The notes beneath the pieces are model-generated. The model was not told the DNA's origin. It searched no databases and saw only the letters and a list, made by a program, of their open reading frames with translations. A stretch of DNA of 64,000 nucleotides, taken from a virus. Location of the stretch: IMG/VR virus record IMGVR_UViG_3300017782_000001; one strand, 5' to 3'. Shown one piece after another: positions 57,855-64,000 of the stretch; position 1 is the stretch's first letter, and every line of letters begins with the position of its first letter. The position numbers and the translations under genes were made by a program.

Positions 57855-58568
57855 ATGGCACTGCCAAAAATTAATTCGGCACCGAAATATACGATGACAA
57901 TACCTTCCACTGGTAAGGAAGTTGGATTCAGACCATTTTTGGTTAAAGAAGAAAAAATTCTTATGATGGCTATGGAGACCGGTGATCAAGCTGGTACTCT
58001 TAACGCAATCTTAGAAACATTAAAATCATGTATCAGCGGAGAAGTTGACGAAAAAAAATTAGCAGCTTATGATGTTGAGTACATGTTCTTACAACTTAGA
58101 TCTAAAAGCGTAGGTGAAACAAGCACTGTTGCACTACCATGCTCTAGTTGTAAAGAGACGACTCCAGTAAAAATTCAACTGGACACTATTGAAGTTAAAA
58201 AAGATAATACGGTAGATGAAGTAGTAAAGTTAACTGATAATATTTCTGTTAAAATGAAATACCCTTCATTCCACGATCTATTAGGTGCAGGTATTGATCC
58301 TGAAAAAATGAATGAAGTTGATACTATATTTAAGATTCTAACAAGGTGTATTGATGGTGTCATGACAGATGATGAATTTCATCCTGCTCAAGACGAAACA
58401 GAAGAAGAACTGCAAGAATTTCTTGAATCATTAAATAGTGAGCAGTTCAGTAATGTAAGAAAGTTTGTTGAGGCTATTCCACAACTTAAAACAAATGTTG
58501 AGTTTAAGTGTGAACATTGTGGTATTGAAAACAATCAAGAGATAAGCGGCATAGCAAATTTTTTCTAA
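57855..58568 (+). CDS. gp26: Baseplate hub assembly protein gp26
   Basis: MALPKI..P.Y...IPS.G..V.FRPFLVKEEKILMMA, DVEY.FLQLRSKSVGE, two CxxC, terminal G..NFF. Confidence 0.93.
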   Translation: MALPKINSAPKYTMTIPSTGKEVGFRPFLVKEEKILMMAMETGDQAGTLNAILETLKSCISGEVDEKKLAAYDVEYMFLQLRSKSVGETSTVALPCSSCKETTPVKIQLDTIEVKKDNTVDEVVKLTDNISVKMKYPSFHDLLGAGIDPEKMNEVDTIFKILTRCIDGVMTDDEFHPAQDETEEELQEFLESLNSEQFSNVRKFVEAIPQLKTNVEFKCEHCGIENNQEISGIANFF

Positions 58569-58759
58569 TAGCCCTTTCTCATGATTCGTTAGTAAATCAT
58601 TATAAAACGAATTTTCATCTGATGCAGCATCATAACTATAGTCTTGGAGATCTGGAATCAATGATACCGTGGGAAAGGGAGTTATACGTTACTATGCTAC
58701 AAGAACATCTTAAGGAAGAAAAGGCTCGATATGAGCAGGCTAAAATGAGGGGCAGATAA
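58565..58759 (+). CDS. gp51: Baseplate hub assembly catalyst gp51 (not in the ORF track; no upstream start, probably reached by -1 frameshift; first ATG at 58622)
   Basis: Manual translation: LIALSHDSLVNHYKTNFHLMQHHNYSLGDLESMIPWERELYVTMLQEHLKEEK. Confidence 0.85.
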   Translation, partial: LIALSHDSLVNHYKTNFHLMQHHNYSLGDLESMIPWERELYVTMLQEHLKEEKARYEQAKMRGR

Positions 58760-60589
58760 ATGCCAAATCCAAACGCAGGCGTATTCCAAAAAATACGAGA
58801 AGAACTCGTAACAGCGAATGAACATCATACAGCTGGTACTCAAGAGATAGTTCAATTAAGAACAACTTTTGAGAAAATGATGGACGTGGAAAAACAAGCT
58901 AAACTTGATCAGCTTGAAGCTATGCGTGAAAACACTAAAGAAAGTGTTAGTGGTGCAGGACTTGCAGGTGCTGGTGCTGAAATGGGTGGAACTGTCAAAG
59001 AAAAATCCGGTGGACTATTAGGAAAACTTTTAGGTGGTGGCATGATGATTGCAGCTGCTGCAGGTCTTGCAGCAATCGTAGCTGGTATCATGGCGTTTAT
59101 GACACTTGATGTTGATTCTATCATAGGTAATGTTAAGAAGTTATTTACTATTGGCGATCTTGCCGATGGCATGGGTGATGCTTTTGAAAAGGGTGGCAAG
59201 TTTTTCTTGATTATGGCAGGCCTTGGTGCTGGCCTCATGGTCTTTGGTGTAGGTAGTGCTGTTGCTGGTGCATCTGATAAGTTTATAGGTATGGATGTTG
59301 ATAGCATTAAAAACAATGTTATACAACTATTGTCTATTGGTCCTGAGGTTGAAGCTGGCGGTGGTTCCTTTATTGGTGGAAGTGCTAAGTTCCTATTAGC
59401 AATGACAGGCTTAGGTTTAGGTCTTGCTGTATTCGGCGTTGGCTCTGCTATTGCAGGCATGTCCGACAAATTGTTAGATAAATTCAACGGCGATTTTGCA
59501 ACAAGCATTAAAAATAATGTTTTAACTTTATTGTCTATTGGTCCTGCTATTGCTAAAGATGGAGCCAGCTTTGTAGGAGAAAGTGCTAAGTTCTTATTAG
59601 CAATGACTGGTATTGCTTTAGGCCTAGCTGTCTTTGGAGGTGGATCTGCACTAGCTGCTTTGGCTACTGGTTTGGATGATGGTGTTGCAGCTATGACAGG
59701 CCAAGGATTTGCTGAAAGTATAAAACAAAGTGTATTCACTCTACTTTCTATTGGTACTGAAATTGAAGCCAAGGGTGGTAGCTTTATAGGAGAGTCTGCT
59801 GGTTTCCTATTAGCAATGACTGGATTAGGACTTGGTCTTGTAGCATTCTCTGCTGGCCAAGCGTTTTCTGCTGTTATTGGTTTCTTTACTGGAGACAACA
59901 GTCAAAAGGTTAAAGACAGTGTTCTAAAACTATTAAGTATTCAAGATGCTCTTGGAGAAAACCCAAAGGCTGCTGCAGCAAGCTTTAGAGATGCAATGGG
60001 TTATATGGGAGATGCATTATCTGGCTTTGCAAAAAGTCAAGCAGATGCTTCATGGTCTTCACTAAAAGATAACATTATGGGATTCTTTGGTGGAGGATCA
60101 CAAGGACCAATGGATCAGCTTTTGAAGCTCGGTGAAAAACAAGAAGAATTATTTCTAGCTGGCATGGCATTAGATCAGTTAGCTGATGGATTAGAAAGAA
60201 TATCTAGCCTAAAGCTAGATGGCGATTATATGAGTCTTAATGATTTTGCAGAGGATATGCTTAAGTCAGTACCTGCAATTGAAACAGCTTTAATGGGTGG
60301 TACTGTTGGTGAAGGTTGGGTTTCTTCAGGAACAAAAATCAAAGGCCTTGCTTCTCCTGATATTGACTTCGAAAAGGCTGCAACAAATATTAAATTAATT
60401 CAAGCTGCATTAAAAGCAGAGCAAACTGCAAATGCTACAGCATATTCAAACGACGCTCAAGCTACTGCAGCACCTCCTATTATTAATAATATCACAAACA
60501 ATTATTATTCAGGTGGCGGTAGTAATACTACAATGATTGCACCTAATGCTAGTGCTGTTCAAGATGCTAGGAAAAAATTAACAAGATAA
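58760..60589 (+). CDS. Tape-measure / baseplate hub protein (gp29-like) with four hydrophobic ~70-aa repeats
   Basis: Position after gp26/gp51; 609 aa; repeats SIK..V..LLSIG...SF.G.SA.FLLAMTGLGLGL.VF; C-terminal Asn/Thr-rich tail. Confidence 0.7.
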   Translation: MPNPNAGVFQKIREELVTANEHHTAGTQEIVQLRTTFEKMMDVEKQAKLDQLEAMRENTKESVSGAGLAGAGAEMGGTVKEKSGGLLGKLLGGGMMIAAAAGLAAIVAGIMAFMTLDVDSIIGNVKKLFTIGDLADGMGDAFEKGGKFFLIMAGLGAGLMVFGVGSAVAGASDKFIGMDVDSIKNNVIQLLSIGPEVEAGGGSFIGGSAKFLLAMTGLGLGLAVFGVGSAIAGMSDKLLDKFNGDFATSIKNNVLTLLSIGPAIAKDGASFVGESAKFLLAMTGIALGLAVFGGGSALAALATGLDDGVAAMTGQGFAESIKQSVFTLLSIGTEIEAKGGSFIGESAGFLLAMTGLGLGLVAFSAGQAFSAVIGFFTGDNSQKVKDSVLKLLSIQDALGENPKAAAASFRDAMGYMGDALSGFAKSQADASWSSLKDNIMGFFGGGSQGPMDQLLKLGEKQEELFLAGMALDQLADGLERISSLKLDGDYMSLNDFAEDMLKSVPAIETALMGGTVGEGWVSSGTKIKGLASPDIDFEKAATNIKLIQAALKAEQTANATAYSNDAQATAAPPIINNITNNYYSGGGSNTTMIAPNASAVQDARKKLTR

Positions 60590-60613
60590 AAGAAAAGGGA
60601 GCCGAAGCTCCCT
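60588..60613 (-). terminator. Intrinsic terminator with UUCG tetraloop
   Basis: - strand AGGGAGC-TTCG-GCTCCCT-TTTCTTTT. Confidence 0.92.
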
Positions 60614-60712
60614 GATCCCCGAACATTCTAGCCTAAGCCGGAATGCCGTTCTCCTTTGTTGTTGCCAACTTTTGTCCGAATCTAATTCAGCGACTAGGCC
60701 CACGTGGGGTTG
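60614..60712 (-). ncRNA. Putative structured RNA between the gp32 stop and the terminator
   Basis: GC-richer ~100 nt with CCCC/GGGG closing stem, GGCCTAGTCG/CGGCTTAGGCT, CTGAAT-TAG-ATTCGG and GTTG-GCAA-CAAC (GNRA loop). Confidence 0.5.
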
Positions 60713-60718
60713 GTATAC

Positions 60719-61606
60719 CTATTCCTCATTAGCGAGCTTAGCGAAGTATGACAACGTATCGTCATCTCCGGTCGACGCACTCATTTGTTCGGCAGTTACT
60801 GGTTCTGCCATAGGAGCCGGATCATTCATTTGAATTTCCTGCTTCATGGTAGCTGCACCTTGATCTGCTTCTTCTCCAAGAACACGCATTAGCTTAGCTT
60901 TCAAATCACCATAAGACTTGTAATTCTTAGGATCAGTGAAGTCACTTAGATCGTGCATTTGATTATAAATCGCTTCAAGCTTATCATCTTCAGCCAGTTG
61001 GCTAGTAGATGAAAACTCAGATTTATCATAGTTACGATAACCTTCTACATTACGAATTTTAAGTTTGAAGTCAGCACCTGCCCACATATCATATGGGTTA
61101 ACTGGTTCTTCGTCTGCAAAATCTGGTTGCATAACATCCATGATTTTGTCAAAGATTTTTTTACCAAACTGATAAAGAAATACTTTACCCTCATTGTGAG
61201 GGTTCGAAGGATCGGATACTACGTAAATGTTTGATACATAGTGAAGTCTGCGCTTTTGGTCACGAGCTTTTTCTTTATCTGCATCATGTCCAGAATTCCA
61301 TAGGCGACTATTCAATTCGCCAACAGGATCATTCTCACCGATGGAAGTTAAAGATCGTTCGATATACCACAGACCAGTTGGGCCTTTGAAACCATGATCC
61401 CAATATCTTACCCAAGGAAGTTCAGTACCTTCGGCTGCAGGTAGAAAACGAATAACGGCATAGCCATTACCACTCTTATCTACTGTAGGCTTCCATTGGC
61501 GTTCATCCACATAGCTCTTCTTTTCGGAAGATCCACCTGCGCTTTCTGCTGCTTGGATTAGTTTGGAAATTTGGTCGCGGTTGCGTTTTAGATTGTCAAA
61601 AGACAT
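60719..61606 (-). CDS. gp32: Single-stranded DNA-binding protein gp32
   Basis: DKSGNGYAVIRFLP, HGFKGPTG.WYIE, EGKVFLYQFGKKIFDKI, GADFKLKIR, NYDKSEF, SYF.KLA. Confidence 0.97.
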   Translation of the reverse strand: MSFDNLKRNRDQISKLIQAAESAGGSSEKKSYVDERQWKPTVDKSGNGYAVIRFLPAAEGTELPWVRYWDHGFKGPTGLWYIERSLTSIGENDPVGELNSRLWNSGHDADKEKARDQKRRLHYVSNIYVVSDPSNPHNEGKVFLYQFGKKIFDKIMDVMQPDFADEEPVNPYDMWAGADFKLKIRNVEGYRNYDKSEFSSTSQLAEDDKLEAIYNQMHDLSDFTDPKNYKSYGDLKAKLMRVLGEEADQGAATMKQEIQMNDPAPMAEPVTAEQMSASTGDDDTLSYFAKLANEE

Positions 61607-61642
61607 ATGTTACCTCGTATTTGCTGAAATATTAACTGTATT

Positions 61643-61671
61643 ATTATACCATATATTTGTACTAATGTACA
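61643..61671 (-). promoter_or_regulatory. Sigma70-like early/middle promoter for gp32 (TGTACA-N17-TATAAT, extended TGG)
   Basis: Read directly in the intergenic gap. Confidence 0.85.
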
Positions 61672-61680
61672 TACTATATA

Positions 61681-61932
61681 TTACTCTAATGCGATTGAAT
61701 TGCTATCACTTGGCAGAAAGTTAAGAGATTCTGCTTCTGCTTGCAATTTGTTCTTAATGACGGGCGAAATAAATTTCGACACGTCTTCGGGTTCAATACC
61801 CTTTACATCACATACATCAAGGATTGCCTCCATGTATGGAATTTCTTTTTCAATGACAGTAGACTCTACCATCTTTGCGAATCTTGCTTTAGTCAAGAAC
61901 TGTGTTTTTTCTTCTACTACAGTGCCTTCCAT
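61681..61932 (-). CDS. gp33: Late transcription coactivator gp33
   Basis: F...VE..V.EK.I.YMEAIL..C....IE.EDV.K.IS..IK.KL..EA..LNFLP. Confidence 0.9.
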   Translation of the reverse strand: MEGTVVEEKTQFLTKARFAKMVESTVIEKEIPYMEAILDVCDVKGIEPEDVSKFISPVIKNKLQAEAESLNFLPSDSNSIALE

Positions 61933-62180
61933 TTTACATTCACCTTTCCATCTCTTCTATCAGATACCCATTCATGCTTTTCGCTAATAGGTTCATAATG
62001 ATCAAATACATGAAATGCAATCCTATGACGATTGTGTTGTGGATTGTTCAGTATTTCTTTGAATTGTTTTAATGTCTTAAACCCTTTACGTTTAATAATG
62101 GTTTCAAACTCTAAGTCATTGATCTGATATTTTTTACGAACAATAACTTGATGAGTTTCTTTTTTCATAACAGTAATCAT
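61917..62180 (-). CDS. Hypothetical protein
   Basis: ORF overlapping both neighbours in operon fashion. Confidence 0.65.
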   Translation of the reverse strand: MITVMKKETHQVIVRKKYQINDLEFETIIKRKGFKTLKQFKEILNNPQHNRHRIAFHVFDHYEPISEKHEWVSDRRDGKVNVKWKAL

Positions 62181-63325
62181 TTAAGAACTCTTAATATAAT
62201 TGTATCTCCGTTAATCCTACCATTTGGAATACGAGACTTTGTAGTAAGCTCGCTCCACGCCTTATCAATTTGTTTTTCAGACTTAGTCAAAACAATTGGT
62301 AGGAACTCATTAGGTTTACGCAACGAGTTCTGTATAGATTGCTCAAGGTTTATATTCTTGAGAGTACTACCAGAGACCATGAGTCCTGTTTCACTCACGT
62401 ACTTGGTAATGGTTTTATACTTGGTATTGAACACGAATGCACACAGCGCACCGACTAACATAGCTGGCGCAATAGAAGAGATCTTATATTCATTATCTTC
62501 TTTCTTATATTTAAGCCTGCTGATTTGCTTATCAAGTGATGGTGCCTTTTTCATCTTTACAGTACGTGTAGCTTTTGTAGAAGCTTTTAACTTTTCAAGA
62601 TCACCTAACATTTTTTCACATTCGTCCATACGCCTTTTAAGCTCTGGTCTATTAAGATGTGAATAACCTTCTACAGCTTGTTCACAACGCTTGTGGTAAG
62701 CATCACTATAATCAAGTAACCAACCTTCTAGAAGAGAAGCAACTGGCTTTGTGGCAGAACCACCAAGACCATGGAACTTCATACGAAGGTATACATCAAG
62801 AACAGCTTTTTCGCCATTCATCCACGCATCTTCTAGATCGTCTAGTTCGAACATAATAGTATTGTTAATTTTATTCTGTAGCTTTTGCATTGGAGATAAT
62901 GTAATCACATTACCTTGTGCAATCTTTTCAGCTTCTTTCTCAAGAAGAAGTGGCTTACCTTTTTCATAAAGAGTATCGATAAACTTATCGAGTGCATCAT
63001 ACCACATGCCACCAGTACTAATAGCCATGTCATCTTTAGGCATTGCTGAATTCAACCAGAACGCTGCAGCACAATAATGAGTGAACATAGTAAAGTTATA
63101 TTCAGCATTTGCAAAGATAACTTTCTGATCTTCTTTCGATCTATTCTTTTTGATATATCGTTTCAGAATATCAGATAGATCTTTCTTATCGACCTCCATA
63201 TGAAAGTAAGCTTGAACAGCGCCATAGCCTTTATCAAGTGGAGCGCCGGCAGTACCGGATCGAGCTCTTGCTCTAGCTATTTTTTTCTTTACAGCACGAC
63301 CTGTAATCTTATTCACTTTAGCCAT
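62177..63325 (-). CDS. Conserved hypothetical protein of marine T4-like phages
   Basis: 382-aa ORF; EGYSHL, FNTKY, G.TL, LRKP, GRIN.DTIILRV. Confidence 0.8.
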   Translation of the reverse strand: MAKVNKITGRAVKKKIARARARSGTAGAPLDKGYGAVQAYFHMEVDKKDLSDILKRYIKKNRSKEDQKVIFANAEYNFTMFTHYCAAAFWLNSAMPKDDMAISTGGMWYDALDKFIDTLYEKGKPLLLEKEAEKIAQGNVITLSPMQKLQNKINNTIMFELDDLEDAWMNGEKAVLDVYLRMKFHGLGGSATKPVASLLEGWLLDYSDAYHKRCEQAVEGYSHLNRPELKRRMDECEKMLGDLEKLKASTKATRTVKMKKAPSLDKQISRLKYKKEDNEYKISSIAPAMLVGALCAFVFNTKYKTITKYVSETGLMVSGSTLKNINLEQSIQNSLRKPNEFLPIVLTKSEKQIDKAWSELTTKSRIPNGRINGDTIILRVLK

Positions 63326-63517
63326 TTACTTCTCCTCATCATAACGAATCATTTCAATTTCACCATTGACAGTACGAGTCCTGAGAAACTTAAAGTTTAT
63401 CAAAGCCTCGAGCGTGTCATTGATGATTTGCTTCTTTGACCCTCTGCCAAGTTGATAGCAGCAAGCGCCAATCACAACAACTAATAATATATGAATAAGT
63501 TGCTGGTCAGTAGACAT
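63326..63517 (-). CDS. Small membrane-anchored hypothetical protein
   Basis: N-terminal hydrophobic stretch; GAGG SD. Confidence 0.65.
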   Translation of the reverse strand: MSTDQQLIHILLVVVIGACCYQLGRGSKKQIINDTLEALINFKFLRTRTVNGEIEMIRYDEEK

Positions 63518-63771
63518 TAAACGACCTCTTGTAAATTGCGGAAAGACTTTACACTATCTATACGGAAAGATCTCCAGCCTTCTGCTTGTACATCCCATGT
63601 CGCGAGTACGGCTTCATTCTCCTGTTTGGGAGGGACGACGATCGAAACATTCTCGGGGAGGAGAGACTCTTTCAGTGTACAGACCATTGTACGTGAATCA
63701 CCATTCACCTTGACAAATTCGACTACACAGATTTGATTTTGTAGTGCATCTTTCATTTCTTTACGATTCAT
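63517..63771 (-). CDS. SH3-barrel / WYL_2 (DUF2693-like) protein
   Basis: V.F.KVNG..RTM.CTL...WDV...GWRSFRIDSV. Confidence 0.8.
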   Translation of the reverse strand: MNRKEMKDALQNQICVVEFVKVNGDSRTMVCTLKESLLPENVSIVVPPKQENEAVLATWDVQAEGWRSFRIDSVKSFRNLQEVV

Positions 63772-63801
63772 AATATACCTCTATGTTTTATTTGTAGATC
63801 T

Positions 63802-63830
63802 ATTATACCACAGTTTCTCACGATTGTAAA
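63802..63830 (-). promoter_or_regulatory. Sigma70-like early promoter (TTTACA-N17-TATAAT, extended TGG)
   Basis: Read directly upstream of 63771. Confidence 0.85.
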
Positions 63831-64000
63831 CCATTAGTTATTCTTTTTTCTACTTCAGTGTGAGAAAGGGCAGGAGGAACATGCAGATAACTCGATAGCA
63901 TGTACTTATTCTTCTTTGTTACAGGCCAGCCGCGATGCGGAAACATCCACCACGGAGGGAAGATCACCAAGCGACCAGCCTTCGGTTCAATCTTCCAACT
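63818..64000 (-). CDS. 2OG-Fe(II) oxygenase, C-terminal fragment (truncated by the window edge)
   Basis: Manual translation: SWKIEPKAGRLVIFPPWWMFPHRGWPVTKKNKYMLSSYLH. Confidence 0.85.
   Translation of the reverse strand, partial: SWKIEPKAGRLVIFPPWWMFPHRGWPVTKKNKYMLSSYLHVPPALSHTEVEKRITNGLQS

Noticed and set aside
58909-59898. 329-aa antisense ORF opposite the gp29-like gene
   Set aside because: Pro/Ala-rich mirror of the Gly/Ala repeat codons, with no SD or promoter; a typical shadow ORF
60578-60703. 41-codon GTG-initiated ORF on the - strand across the putative RNA
   Set aside because: No well-spaced SD, and it runs through the terminator into the gp29 stop region; RNA structure explains the sequence better
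60614-60712. tRNA or hammerhead ribozyme
   Set aside because: No cloverleaf, TTC-loop or CCA arrangement, and no CUGAnGA/GAAA core
5-64000. Many short alternative-frame or antisense ORFs in the track (e.g. 5-415, 16527-16940, 42978-43439, 51304-51708, 62148-62666)
   Set aside because: Fully nested in well-supported genes, mostly with non-ATG starts and no recognisable motifs

Overview
This is a 64-kb, AT-rich segment of a marine T4-like myovirus genome. The host is probably a heterotroph, likely an alphaproteobacterium; this is inferred from a hemO-pcyX cassette and the absence of photosynthesis genes. Most of the window is the late virion block: gp18, 17, 16, 15, 14, 13; tail fibres; a DUF4815/VrlC-like protein; gp8, 9/10, 7, 6, 25, a split gp5, gp27-like, 53, 48, 4, 2, 54, 26, 51, 29. 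It ends with gp32, gp33 and early hypotheticals. Two enzyme islands sit inside the structural block. Island 1 (6.7-15.3 kb) encodes ADP-heptose synthesis enzymes (HldC, HldA, HldD, GmhB-like), a GT9 heptosyltransferase-like protein, two carbamoyltransferases, a 2OG-Fe(II) oxygenase and an inverted hemO-pcyX cassette. Island 2 (31.4-35.3 kb) encodes a methyltransferase, three GT-A glycosyltransferases and a radical SAM enzyme. The strongest unexplained signal is a large excess of the dipeptide Asp-Ser in outward-facing virion proteins, while internal and cytoplasmic proteins have almost none. I propose this is the sequon of a phage-encoded virion O-glycosylation (heptosylation) system. Other notable items: a tandem array of six ~10%-Cys paralogues with mosaic shared DNA blocks, a probable -1 frameshift joining gp26 and gp51, a structured RNA after gp32, and a 236-bp antisense gene overlap. 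All counts were made by eye and all family assignments come from motif recognition, not database searches.
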